A program made the position numbers and the translations under genes. Below are positions 35,921 through 49,001 of a stretch of DNA of 64,000 nucleotides, piece by piece. Numbering within the stretch: position 1 is the first letter of the stretch; each line of letters opens with the position of its first letter. This stretch comes from Camelus dromedarius. Lineage: Eukaryota. The notes beneath the pieces are model-generated. The model was not told where the DNA came from. It did not search any database and saw only the letters and a list, made by a program, of their open reading frames with translations. The stretch spans positions 5,024,001-5,088,000 of the forward strand of contig NC_087438.1 in the NCBI RefSeq assembly GCF_036321535.1. Direction: 5' to 3'.

Positions 35921-36185
35921 TTCTTCTCTTTTCTCTTTTCTTTCCTTTTTTTTTCTTTTCCTTCCCTTCCCCCTTTTCTCTCTTTCTTTCTTTTTCTCTT
36001 TATTTTCCTTCCTTTTCTCTTTTTTTTTCTTTCTTTCTTTCTGTTATTACTATTTTTAATTGAAGTATAGTCGGTTTACAACGTTGTGTCAGTTTCTGGT
36101 GTGCAGCATAGTGATTCAGTTGTACAAACACACATATACCTGTTCCCATTCTTTTTCATTCCAGGTTACTACAAGATGTTGATGT
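35921..36185 (-). mobile_element. CT-rich low-complexity tract plus short antisense L1 3' end
   Basis: About 120 nt of pyrimidines, then tttttaattgaagtatagtcggtttacaacgttgtgtc. Confidence 0.8.
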
Positions 36186-36806
36186 TGTTTTACTATCCAC
36201 TCCCCTCCTCTGGGATTTTTGATAGCTGCTCTTGACCTTCACTTAAACTGAAGTTCCCCCTTGGAATTAAATGTATGTCACAGAGGTTTTTGCTGCGTTT
36301 TCAAACCACTGTCTAGGAATTAGAAACTTTGTGCGTGAATAGCTTGCTGAAATAAAGCCACATTCGTGAATATAGAGGGAAAACAACACCCTGATGATGG
36401 ATCACATTGCCGTGTAGACAGATGGTGGTGGTCAAGGCGTGTCTGCGTGCTTGGTCGGGCCACCTCTGCCTGTCTGAATAGTGAAAGTGCTTTCTTGGGG
36501 TTTCTACCTGAGTGACGTGGTCAAGTTTTTCTTGTCTGTTACGTTTTTGCGACATCTTTGGTTCACTTAGTGAAGCCTAAACGTTTAGGCGTTGCTTTAA
36601 TTTATGAACTTTCTAACAAGACAAATGCCTTCCATCTCAGCTGAAAACCACTGACTCAGGAGCCTCCCTGTGAGATGACAACACCTTTCAGAAGGTGGCG
36701 GGGCGGGGGGGCCAGAGGGGCTGGAGGACGGGGCAGGGGAACGTAAGAAGGAGGGGCGGGGTGGGAGGGCAGGAGGCGGTCCCCTGTGATGGCTGATGTC
36801 GGACTG

Positions 36807-38148
36807 GTTTTTTTTTTAACATTTTTTTTATTGAGTTATAGTCAGTTTACAATGTTGTGTCAAATTCTAGTGTAGAGCACAATTTTTCAGTTATACATGA
36901 ACATACATATATTCATTGTCACATTTTTTTCCTCTATGAGCTACCGTAAGATCTTGTATATATTTCCCTGTGCTATACAGTATAATCTTGTTTATCTATT
37001 CTGCATTTTAAAGTCCCAGTCTGTCACTTCCCACACCCCACCCCTTTGGTAACCACAAGTTTGTATTCTATGTCTATGAATCTGTTTCTGTTTTGTATTT
37101 ATTTATTTATTTATTTTAGATTCCACATATGAGCGATCTCATATGGTATTTTTCTTTCTCTTTCTGGCTTACTTCACTTAGAATGACATTCTCCAGGAGC
37201 ATCCATGTTGCTGCAAACGGCGTTATGTTGTTGGTTTTTATGGCTGAATAGTATTCCATTGTATAAGTATACCACCTCTTCTTTATCCAGTCATCTGTTG
37301 ATAGACATTTACGCTGTCTCCGTGTCTTTGCTATTGTAAATAGAGCTGCCATGAACGTTGGGGTGCAGGTGTCTTTTTGAAGTAGGGTTCCTTCTGGATA
37401 TATGCCCAGAAGTGGGATTCCTGGGTCACATGGTAAGTCTATTCCTAGTCTTTTGAGGAATCTCCATACTGTTTTCCACAGTGGCTGCACCAAACTGCAT
37501 TCCCACCAGCAGTGTAGGAGGGTTCCCTTTTCTCCACAGCCTCTCCAGCATTTGTCATTTGTGGACTTTTGAATGATGGCCATTCTGACTGGTGTGAGGT
37601 GATACCTCATTGTAGTTTTGATTTGCATTTCTCTGATAATTAGTGATATTGAGCATTTTTTCATGTGTCTATTGATCATTTGTATGTCTTCCTTGGAGAA
37701 TTGCTTGTTTAGGTCTTCTGCCCATTTTTGGATTGGATTGTTTGTTTTTTTTCTTATTATGTCATATGAGCTGCTTATATATTCTGGAGATCAAGCCTTT
37801 GTTGGTTTCATTGTTTGCAAAAATTTTTTCCCATTCCATAGGTTGTCTTTTTGTTTTACTTATGGTTTCCTTTGCTGTGCAGAAGCTTGTAAGTTTAATT
37901 AGGTCCCATTTGTTTATTCTTATTTTTATTTCTATTGCTTGAGTAGACTGTTCTAGGAGAATATTTTTGAGATGTATGTGAGATAATGTTTTGCCTATAT
38001 TTTCTACTAGGAGGTTTATTGTATCTTGTCTTATAAGTCTTTGATCCATTTTGAGTTGATTTTTGTGTATAGTGTAAGGGAGTGTTCTAGCTTCATTGCT
38101 TTGCATGCTGCTGTCCAGTTTTCCCAGCACCATTTGCTGAAGAGACTG
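36807..38148 (-). mobile_element. Relatively young L1, non-inverted 3' segment (ORF2 C-terminus, 3' UTR, poly(A))
   Basis: Uninterrupted 187-aa ORF2p C-terminus (37116-37679) with the Cys-rich [18 protein letters not shown] motif. Poly-T follows the TSD. Confidence 0.95.
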
Positions 38149-38150
38149 CC

Positions 38151-38964
38151 TGCCCACTATCACCACTCCTATTCAACATAGTCTTAGAAGTCCTAGCCAC
38201 AGAAATCAGGCAAGAGAGAGAAATAAAAGGGATCCAAATTGGAAAAGAGGTAAAAGTGTCACTATATGCAGATGACATGTTACTATATACAGACAACCAT
38301 AAAAGGTCCACACAAAAACTACTAGAGCTGATCGAAGAATTCAGCAAGGTAGCAGGTTACAAGATTAACGTTGAAAAATCAGTTGCATTTCTTTACACTA
38401 ATCAACAGAAGAAGAAAGTAAAGAAACAACCTCCTTTATAATAGCACCCAAAGTAATAAAATACGTAGGAATAAATCTAACCAAGGAGGTGAAAGAATTA
38501 TACACAGAAAACTATAAACCACTGATGAAGGAAGTTAAAGAAGACTTTAAAAAATGGAAAGGTATCCCAAACTCTTGGATTGGAAGAGTCAGTATTGTTA
38601 AAATGGTCACACTGCCTGAGGCAATCTACAGATTTAATGCAATCCCTATCAAATTACCCAGGACATATTTCACAGAACTAGAACTAATCGTAATAAAATT
38701 TATACGGAACCACAAAGACCTAGAATTGCCAAAGCATTACTGAAGAGAAAGGAAGAGGCTGGAGGAATAACTCTCGCAGACTTCAGACAATACTACAGAG
38801 CTACAGTCATCAAGACAGCATGGTATTGGTACCAAAACCCACATATGGACCAACGGAACATAATAGAGAGCCCAGAAATGAACCCATAAACTTTTGGTCA
38901 ACCGATCTTCGACAAAGGAGGCAAGAATATACAATGGAATAAAGGCAGTCACTGCAGCAAATGG
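38151..38964 (+). mobile_element. Inverted 5' segment of the same L1 (reverse transcriptase region, disrupted)
   Basis: Plus strand encodes [16 protein letters not shown]...[10 protein letters not shown] and later [12 protein letters not shown], with frameshifts. Confidence 0.95.
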
Positions 38965-40289
38965 TGTCGGACTGTTGACGCCGGGCTGGCCAAGTGAGGC
39001 CGAGAGAGCGGAGTCCTGTTCGCTTTGCTTCCAGTTTTCTGCTTCCCTCACACTGGGAGCTCGCTGAGTAGAGTGAAGTCAAAACATCCATTTCTGACAA
39101 CCCCATTTCAGCTTTGGCAGGAGACCGTGCTGAAGTTACTGTACAGATTTGTTAAATTACCAATTTGAAAGGCTAACATTTTGCTCCAGGAACAAGAGAC
39201 TGTCTTTGTCCTGTTACCTAAAAGGGTGCCAGGCATTCAGCATGTACCTGTGTGTGTTTTCCTACAAAAATAGGACGTCAGTGTGCAAACATTTTTTTTT
39301 ACTGAAAAATGGGTGAAAATGAAAGAAAATAATGGCCTCTCATACGCTGTGAAATGGCACAGAATTGCTTGCAAGTGCAGTCACTTGGAAAGCTATTAAA
39401 GAATGTATTTACCACTGGAAGAAGCTAGTGGCCTATGAATAAAAGGAGAAAACCCAGCCTGTGCCTGAGTAGTCAAGAACCCCGTCTCTGTGTGCTTCTG
39501 TGCACCAGGGTGATTTCTTAGGGGGCATTTTGGACTTAATATGGAGGAAAATATAAGAAAAATTAAAAGTAATATAAAAATTATTTCACTTAACGACAAC
39601 AATGTAGGGTTTTTCTAAACCCCCTCCCCTTCTTTTTTTCTTAATGACAAGGGACATGCTGATGAAATGTGAGTTTTGAGGACGTACAGTAGAGCTGGAG
39701 GGAGGCATCTTGAAGTGTAGCTATTTTGAGACCCTGCATTTCTGGCTGGCTGGCGTGGAGGGGGCACCGCTGTCTTCTCTCTGCCGTCCGTTCCCAGCCG
39801 GAGTGTTGTGAGAACCACACTGGCTGTGCAGTGAGCTGGGAATTTATTGCCACTCTCACTGGATCTTCCCAGCCCTGACCTGGCTTGAATAGACAATTCT
39901 GCTGGTGTTTCTGGAACAACCTCCGTGTTTCCTCTTTTCTCTCTTGTGCTTTTCCTTAGAGGAGCGCACGCCCTGGTCCTTGCGGTTGGCATCTTCATGG
40001 AGCTGTCATCCGGCAGCTGAACGGGTGCGGCCATTGTCACCCCTGAGCTTTGTAGTCCTGTCCCCACCTCACCCCCACATCAACGTGCATGTTAAAGGCT
40101 GGGTAGTTTGCTGCTGGGTCCCCAGGATGCAGCACAATGTCACATACTTCGAGATCGTACAGCAAACACTAGAGGAAGTAATGGAACGAGTGTACATGTA
40201 ACGTATCTGTCCCCTCGTCCCCTCCTCCAAGGTGAGGATGGAGGCATGCGTGTCCATGGTCCTGGTTCTTGCCTGCTCCAGGCACCACT

Positions 40290-40460
40290 CAGTTACTTTT
40301 CATACGTTGCTTCCCAATCTGCACCACCCAGCAGAGTAAGTACCGTCGTTACTGGCAATTTGAAGATGAGACATCGGAGACCCAGAGAAGTTAAGCAACT
40401 TTCCCAAAGTCACACAATGAGAAGAGAGCCAGCGTTTGAACACGACCTCCTGACACTGTG
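40290..40460 (-). mobile_element. MIR
   Basis: agatgagacatcggagacccagagaagttaagcaactttcccaaagtcacac. Confidence 0.65.
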
Positions 40461-42014
40461 ATCGTCACCATCATCTCCACCTGTCCCTTCTCATTGGTGA
40501 CCTTGGGGTGTTCCCTGTGGGGCCTCAGCAAATGACAGATTATTGTGTGATGAGAAAGGGACACATTTGGGAGTTCTGGATGGTTCTGTCTGAGTCACAT
40601 GGCGTTATGTGTTATCTGGAAAAACTTCATGGGGCAGGAACCACTACTTCAGAGATGCCAAAAAGATAGATCGTGTAACTGCTCCACAGTGTTAGGGAGA
40701 TTCCCAGTTGGAGGTATTTTCACTCATCAGATGGGTCAGTAAGAGAAATGGAACATTTTGGCCCGAGGAACACGTGTCCGTGTGTCCACATTAGTCAGTA
40801 TTATTGTTTGGAAATCAGTGATTGCTTTTACACTGAAATGAACATAACTCCTGTTATCAGTAGGCTTCTTTTAATTTCACTTCTTTCTGCTGGTTTCTCA
40901 TCTGGCTCCGTCTTAGCACCTGAGCACGAGCAATCAACCCCTCTCTTTCCCGTAGGAAAAATCCCTCAGGCTCAAAGGGCCCTTTGCTGGGATGCCGCTC
41001 CGGGTTCAGCCCAGCCCCTGCCAGCCTCCTCCTGCCCTGTGCCTGTGCTGGGTGCCGTCTGTGACCATCCGGAAGCCTTTGAAGTAGGAGCTCACGCCCT
41101 AGGGGGGTGGCCGCCATCGTAAGGAGGCTGGTCCTGTGCGCACAGCTCTTCACCCTCCTCCCCCCAGGGAAGTCAGTGCAAGTTCGGAAGAAGGAGTCAT
41201 GGCTGTTGTCTGGAGTTGGCAGTGTTTTCCTGAAAGAGCTGGAAAGGGAGGAAAAGTGCTCCATAAGCATCTGTTATTGACTCATTTTAAATGGAGACAT
41301 TTTTCATGGTGGTTATCTTAGGGCTTCCTGCATTGTGTCCCTTGTATTTGACACATGATTTTATGAAAGGTTGTGTTTTTCACAGAATTCCAGCTTCTTT
41401 AGCCTTGAATCTTGGATGCTGTTCTTTTATATCCAAAGAAACATGTTTATGGGCGCTGGTGAATAATACCCCTTGTGACTGGACCTGTGTGTGTGCTCGT
41501 GTGTGTACGAAGGGGAGAGAATTCTAGACTCCCAGCTGGAGCAGCAAGTTCTCAGGAAAAAAAAATAATAAATCCAGAGTTTAAATTATGTCCTATTAAG
41601 AGTTGCTAAGCAACACCTCACTTAGCTTCTCCAGTGTTCAGTATTTCAGATTTCCTCTTCTCAGCAGTGCAGCCACTAATATCATCCTCACCCAGCAATT
41701 TCAGAGTTGAAAAGACAGAGTTCAGAGTTTGCAAAGGCAAAGGCGCTGGAATTCTCAGGACAGAAAGCCTAAGGAGGAGAGAGGAGAGACCCGCAGAGAG
41801 AGAGGGAGTTCTGGAGACTTGTAGAGGGTCCCTCAAGTCTCCACCTGACCAACGACAGGCACATGCAGGGGAGGAAGGCACCAAGGGCCCGGGGAAGAGC
41901 CTCTGGGGACAGCAGATGGAGTGACTCCTGGCACAAGGCCGCAGAGCAAGTGCCAGACCGTTCCTAAAGCAGAGGGCGTCGGTTCCCCGAGAAGACCCAA
42001 CAGCCCCAAGAACC

Positions 42015-43660
42015 TAGATACCTAATCATAGAGATGCCAAATGCATGATGGGGAGATCTTATTCAGAGATGGCAACACCCTCTCTCAATAACAGATGGAC
42101 AACAAGAAAGAAAATCAGTCAGGATATAGGAGATTTGCAGAGTATTACCGAACAGGTTGATCTCATTGATATTTACAGAATAATGCAGAATGTGTGTCCT
42201 GTTAAATGCACATGGGACATTTACCAAGATGGGCTATATTCTTCATCATAAAAGTCTCATTCAGTTTAGAAGGACTACTATTGCACACAGTGCGTTCTTT
42301 GGCCATAATGGCTTAAGTTAGAAATCAATAACATAAAGAAGTTTGGAAAATTAATCAATAATGGGAAACTAAACAATTCATTTCTAAAAAAACCCCAGAA
42401 GCCCGAGAAGAAAGTACAAGGGGAACTGGAAAGTATGTTGGACTGAATGGGATGAAAGCGTGCTGCATCAGAATTTGTAGGGTGCATCTCAGATGGCACT
42501 TAGAAATTTATAGCATCAAACATTTATACCGCAGAAGAGGAAAAGGCTCAAATCAATGACTTAAACTTCCAACTCCAGAAACTAGACAAAGGAGTAGAAA
42601 CTAGAAGAAAGGAAATAGAAAAGCACATAAAACAATGAAATTGTAAACAGGAAAACAGTGAAGATAATCAGTGAAGCCCAAATTGATACTTTGAGAAGAT
42701 CAATAAAATCGGTAAAACTCTAGGCAGACTGATCAGAGATAACAATAGAAGGAAAAATGACCACTATGAGGAATGTGAGAGGGGCTGTCACTCTACATCC
42801 TACAGACTTTAAAAAGATAAGGAAATATTATCAACAGCTTTATGTCAATAAACTCCACAGTCTAGATGAAATGGACAACTTCCTTGAAAAGCAAACTAAC
42901 AAAACTCATTCAAGAAGAAATAGATCTCTTGACTTACCTGGGAGGATGGAATAATTTGAATGTGTTGTTAAATATCTTCTCACAAAGAAAACTTCAGGCC
43001 GAATATCTTCTCTGGTGAGTTCTACCAAGATTTAAAGATGAAAAACCCTAAAATTGTACAAATTCTTTTGCAAAATAGAAGAAGGAACATATTTCCCAAC
43101 TCAGGTCGTGATGCCAGCATTATTCTGCTACCACAGCCAAAGATATTGCAAGGAAAGGAAACTACAGATCAATATCTTTCATGAACATAGAAAAAAATTC
43201 TTAACGAAACTTTAGTAAATTTAGTTCAGCCAAAAAAAAAATAGATGTTATATCAAGAATGAAAAGTTGGCTTAACATTTAGAAATCAATTCATATGATT
43301 CACCACATTAACAGATCATTTCATAAATACAACGCATGCCATCTCTTGAGTACATTCAGAGGAGACATTTGACAGAATTCAGCGCCTACTTATAATAACA
43401 TCTCTCAGCCATCTAGCTGTAGAAAGGAACTTGCTCAGACTGACAGGATGTAGCTGCACAGAAAGTGCAGCGTCACGTGTGATAGGGGAGGACCAAATAC
43501 TGTCCCCTGTGATCTGGAGTGAGGGGACGATGCCCACTGTCACCACAGATCTTCAACGTGGCCCTGGACGAAAAATGGAAATACGTGTATCTGACGGAGC
43601 ACTTGTGCTTAGGGTACAGAACACACTCTTACAACTACATACAACAACTGTATTCAATAA
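42015..43660 (+). mobile_element. Old L1M ORF2 fragment (endonuclease to linker/RT)
   Basis: Peptides RKKISQDIGDLQSITEQVDLIDIYR and IRKYYQQLYVNKLHSLDEMDNFLEK are L1 ORF2p-like. Many stop codons. Confidence 0.85.
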
Positions 43661-44502
43661 CGGTGTAAAATTAGCGTCTGAGGTTTTGTAGTGCACGAAG
43701 AATTTTCATACTGTTTCATTCCAAATTATTGATAGCATATCCTCAAATGGGAGGTGTGATTCCCATTTTAAACATGAAAAAGAAAACACCCCAAAACCCT
43801 GAGACACAAGAAGAGGCTTTGTGACTTCACAACAACATGTAGCAGATGGAAGGCTGCCTTTCCTCTGTCCATTCAGAGGCACCGACGTGTCTGCTCTTGG
43901 CTGTGCTCTCTCCATCCCTTTATAGTGGCTCAAAGAAATGGGGGTCTTTAAGGGGAATAAAGTTCCCCTTTATTTATATTTATTTATACTGAGATGTTCT
44001 AAGAGAATGGCACTGTTTCTGTTTCTATCAAGTCTAAAATGGAGATGATTCCTTGAGCAAAGATTTGTTACCTATCAAGTTTTTTTAAAGATTGGGAAGT
44101 CAGTTGCTGAGTCATGTGAAAGTTAATCTCTGTTCAGCCTGTGTTTTAAAGAATATTTTTCTCATTGAACATGGTCCACACACAAAATGCTATATCCTTT
44201 TTTTAAAGCTCTTGATACGGAAAAAAAAACTTTTCTTGCTGTTTTTACCTCCCGTTGGGGGATGTAACTAAAGAACCAAATATTCTGAGAAGTGTAGCAC
44301 AGATGCATGACTCTAAAAACTGGGAAGCAATGAAATAAGTTTTTTGTGGTAGACAGATGAACCAGATTTCTTGTAGAAGGGAAATAAATTGGGGGTTATA
44401 ATAAGAGAAAAAATAACTTTGTAATATTGGCCCAGATACAGATGAAGAGACCAAGAGAAGAGAAGGAAGAGCTCAGAGAGAGACCTGTATGGCAGAGGTG
44501 GG

Positions 44503-45131
44503 ATGACCCGGCAGTCCCCCTCCTGGCCATAAAATGGGAAAAGATGAAAACTCTGATTCAAAAAGACACGTGGACCCCAGTGTTCACAGCAGCACTCTTT
44601 AGAACAGCCAGGACGTGGAAGCAACCTAATGTCCATTGACAGATGACTGGGTAAAGAAGAGGTGGTATATATACACAATGGAATACAACTCAGCCATAAA
44701 AAGAATAAAATAATGCCATTTGCAGCAACATGGATGGATCTGGAGATTGTCATCCTAAGTGAAGTAAGCCAAAAAGAGAAAGAAAAATACCATATGAGTT
44801 CGCTTATCTGTGGCATCTTAAAAAAATAGACACAAGTGAACCCATTTGCAAAACCGAAACAGACTCACAGACAGAAAACAAACTATGGTCACCTGCAAGG
44901 AAAGGTACAGGGGAAGGATACATTGGAAATTTGGGATTAACGGATACACACTTCTCTATATAAAAGAGATAAACAACAAGGTCCTACTGTAGAGCACAGG
45001 GAACTATATTCAATACCTTGTAATAACCTGTAATTGAAAAGAATATGAAAAGGAATACATATATGTACAACTAAATCACTATGCTGTACACCTGAAACAT
45101 TGTAAATCAACTATACTTCAATTTAAAAAAA
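44503..45131 (+). mobile_element. Sense L1 3' end
   Basis: Peptide DPAVPLLAI...KTLIQKDTWTPVFTAALF...WKQP, then 3' UTR ending aactatacttcaatttaaaaaaa. Confidence 0.92.
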
Positions 45132-48100
45132 TAATGGGGGTGTGATAGACTGTTCAGTAAATGAAAAAATGAATAATTGAAATAGATGAACAAAAGAAAG
45201 AAATAGATTTTTCTTATGGAAAGAATCAGATTCCTACTTTATTCCATATAAAAATATGAATTCTAGGTGGATTTAAATCTAACTGAGGAAAGCAAGCCAT
45301 TAAGGTTTTAAAAAAAATGTAGAGGAAAATCTCCTTTTAACATCAGTGTAGGCAAGAGTTTCTTAAATAAGGCATGAGAAGGGAAAACTTTTCTCTGATT
45401 ATGAAAGAAAATTGGTGAAGAAGTGTAAAAGGAAAGAGCCATCCCAGTTATTTTTGTTTCTTTGTAGATACTCAAGAAGCCGCCTTACGTGTGAGCCCCA
45501 GGAGGCATGTAGAGAAATCGGCTGGGAACTGGATAGATCAGTTACAGTATTTTACTCAATGAAATACTAAGTAAGAGTCAAATGAATAAATAGGTCTACA
45601 TAGATCAACTCTGAGAAATCTTGGAAGCATAGTGCTGAGTGGAAAAGGAAGTTGCAAAATGATGCGAATGATATATGTACCTGTACTCTGAGTACCGTAT
45701 TAAAAGAATAGAGGAGAATACCGGACTAATTTCTACCTATTGGTTTTTTGTGGGGGAAGAGAGAGGACAATGTGAGGAGGAGATTTTAGCTGTAACTTCC
45801 TCAGTGTGTGTGTTTCATAAATACACATATATGTTTATGCAAAAAAATAGGATGGACGCCTCTAGGACGTAGTGTTCAGTGTACGAGGTGTGTTCTTGGG
45901 CGGCCGTCATATTATTTGTTGTTACTTTGAAAAGTTCTGGTTTTAGTGGTTTTAGTGTTTTACATTTTAGAGTAAAATAAACACTGAAAAGGACGTCAGT
46001 TGTACTGAATATAACTTTGCCTTTGACCTGGATTTGCTGTTCTGTACTGTGGGTCCCAGCCCAGCTTTTAGGATCTGACCTCGTTAGCAGCCTCTCAGCC
46101 GCCGCTGAGAGAGCTGTCAGCCTTCTTTCTCTCCTGCTGCTTCCTGTCCCACCGCCTCCGTGGTGGGATTGTCGTTCACCATCGTGAACAACCAACCCTC
46201 CTTTTCCCCTGTGAATGTGTGTGTTTGTTGCTAGTTTTTATAAAACATGTTCTATCTTTCAAACTGTAAAAATAATGTTCAGTGTATACAGATGCCAGGG
46301 AATGCAAGAGTGAATGATGGTGAGACCTGGTCTCTGGGATCCATGTTTGACAATGAACGACAACTCAATCAAAATGTGCAAAGAATATGGTCCCTTAAAA
46401 GAAATAGCTGAATAGTGATAGCATTCTGTTTTCGTGGAATAAATACTCGGGAGAGTAATTAATAGCCCTAATCCTGAAGTCCTGTAAAGTAAGTGGTATC
46501 ACAATTGAATATTAGTTGTTTTCCTTTGTTTTCAACTATTCCAAAAAAAAAAGAAACAACCCTTAAAACTATTGACAAAATGTTTGAGAATGAAGGATGA
46601 AAATGAAGGCACCTTTGCCTTCGAGTTTTCCATGGGCATGCTGTCAAGTTGTATTTTTAACAGCTTTTTCCTGTTGACCCATAATGGTAACAATTAGAAT
46701 ATTACCATGGAAGAATTAAATGAAATAATTGTGGATTGATTCAAACCGTGCCTCTTCTCCCCCTCAGTTTTCTTCTGCATGTCTTCTTTCAAGGTGTGTG
46801 CCAGCGTTTGACCGCAGACACACGCGGTGTGCTGAACACAAAATCTCGGTCAGCGTCTAAGGCTTTGCTTTCTTGGTCCCTCCACGCTCCGTACGTCTTT
46901 GGTGAAGATGAAACGCAGCATCTAGATAGTTACTTCTTTCCTTGTTGGAAATGCAGATACCACGGCTCAGTCGGGTACATGTGGATGCTGTGTGCTCTTA
47001 GGATGTGGGTCCAGACTCCAAGGGCTGTCTTATAAACTGAAAGCAGAAACATGCCTTTAGTTCGGAAGGCATCTGTCTGCTGGCCCCGGGATGGCTCTGA
47101 GCTTTTGTCTGGTTACTGGTGAGTTTCACAGTGGGGAGAGCCCCGAGACCCTAGACCTCACGAGGGTGGACATGGGGTCCTGCAAAGTTGTGTCCCACAT
47201 ATTGCGAACATAAAGAGCCAGCTTTTTCAGCCTAGATTTCTTTAGTGTCTGTCCTGGTCAAGGACCATCTGGGTCCAGGATCTCATTTGTAGCCTTATAG
47301 GATGATCTGACTGTGGAGAATTAATCCACTTCCACCCAGAATGCCAATTTATGGTTTTATTGCTGTTTAGAGAGTGCTCCTGCCTGCTAAGCAGAACACC
47401 GCCTTTCTGGCACTAGGTTACCTGGGAAACCTAGTCAGTTGGGTGTGTGTTGAAGATCAGAGCGGAACAAAGGGGGTTATGAGCACTCCTTGGGCATTTT
47501 TTCAGGCTGCAGCAGTCTGAGGAGTAACACAGTGACACAATGAGGTCATTGTTTTTGGCAGGTTGTACTGGGCAGAAGTCTAGGGCTCTATTGCACGGAG
47601 ATCCTCCAGGATCAGTTTCAACATCTTGCCAATACCCTCAAGTGAACCGACGTAAAGTCTTCTATAGCACGTGGGGCCCAGGGAAGAGGATGTGTGTTTT
47701 TGGAACAAGAGCATTATTTTCCTCCATTGGAGGAAAACCTGGGCTTGGTTTTGGCTGACATCTCTTCCGGATGCCCCTTCACTCATTATTTAACACACAG
47801 CCCCACATGGGAACCTGTCCTGTGGCATCTGACGTCATCGGAATCTGCAGCAGGACCTGGAGTCTGTGTCCAGCAGGAACAGTTCAGGTCTAAGACCAGC
47901 CAGGGCTGAGGTCTAGAAGCACTGCTGTTGCACATAAGCTGTTCATTAAATAAATATAATTCTCCTTAAGAGTTCGTAAAGATTTCTAATTGAAAAAAGG
48001 GGCGCTGGGAGTAGTTGGAGGCTGTGATGACAGCTGAGAGAACGGTGAAGATTCCTGTCTCTGGCGTATCGGCCGTCTGTTCGCGTGCTCGGTGACAGGG

Positions 48101-48370
48101 CCTGCGGTGGGCAGCAGGGCTCCAGCCTCGCTCGTAACCCTGCGGTGTTTCTGCCCAGCATGACTGAACAGCAGAGACGCCAGCTCTTAGAACTGTTAGA
48201 TGTGAATGATATCCTCAGGTTGGCAAGTGTTTTCCCCCAAAAGTTAATGAAGTGACTTAGTAATGATGGATTTCTGTACATAAAGGCCAATGTTAAATTT
48301 TTAGAAACCCTTGGAAATCTCAGAGTTCTTACTTTGGTTTTTGGGCAGAGTCAGCATTGGAATAGAAGTG

Positions 48371-49001
48371 CTGTCAATCCCCATTATTTGCAGCTTCCAG
48401 ATTTGCACATTTGCCTCCTGGCTGAGATGTATTTGTAACCCCAGAATCAGTACCTGAGGCCGTGTTTGGACACGCGCAGAGCAGCGGGAAACCTGAGCTG
48501 CCCCGCGTGCACGTTCTCAGCTGAGCTGGAACAGGCATGCTCGGCCTCCTGGTTTCAGCTCACACTGTCAGCAAACGTCCTTTTTGCGATTGACTTAGTG
48601 CCTTTTTTTTTTTTTTTTGTATTTTTGTGCTTTGTGTTGATGATTTCCCTGCTTAAAACGGCCTCCAAGCATCTTGCTGAAATGCTGCGTGATATTCTTA
48701 AATGCAAGAAGGCTGTGCTGAGCCTTCTGGAGAAAATGCATGTTAGAGAAGCTTCACTCAGGCCCAAGGTACAGAGACATTGGCTGTGAGTTCAGTGTTA
48801 GTGAATCAACAATAGAGAGTAAATAAGGTGTCTCTGTCAGAAACGCAATAAAACAAGGTTATGTATAGGTCGGCTGAGGAAAACGTTGTGCCCAGGGCCC
48901 ACAGGAGCCTCGCTGGCCCGTGTTTAATGATTCAGTGTTCACTGATTCAGTGTTCTTGGTGATGATGTGGACATAACCACGGGAGTGAGGATGGACCGCC
49001 T
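48371..49001 (+). mobile_element. MER82-like TcMar-Tigger element, near full length
   Basis: Colinear with the recalled MER82 consensus (tatttgtaacccc, cagctgag, gcaagaaggctgtg, gaatcaacaata, aaaacaaggttatgtat). The ORF at 48466 retains a transposase N-terminal relic, KCKKAVLSLLEKM. Confidence 0.82.

Noticed and set aside
37116..38743. Reverse-transcriptase-like ORFs (YADD motif) as a novel retroelement system
   Set aside because: Ordinary L1 ORF2 pieces, truncated, inverted and frameshifted.
46088..46116. Hairpin cagcctctcagc-cgcc-gctgagagagctg as a possible small RNA
   Set aside because: A 12-bp stem is too short for a pre-miRNA and is plausible by chance in 64 kb.
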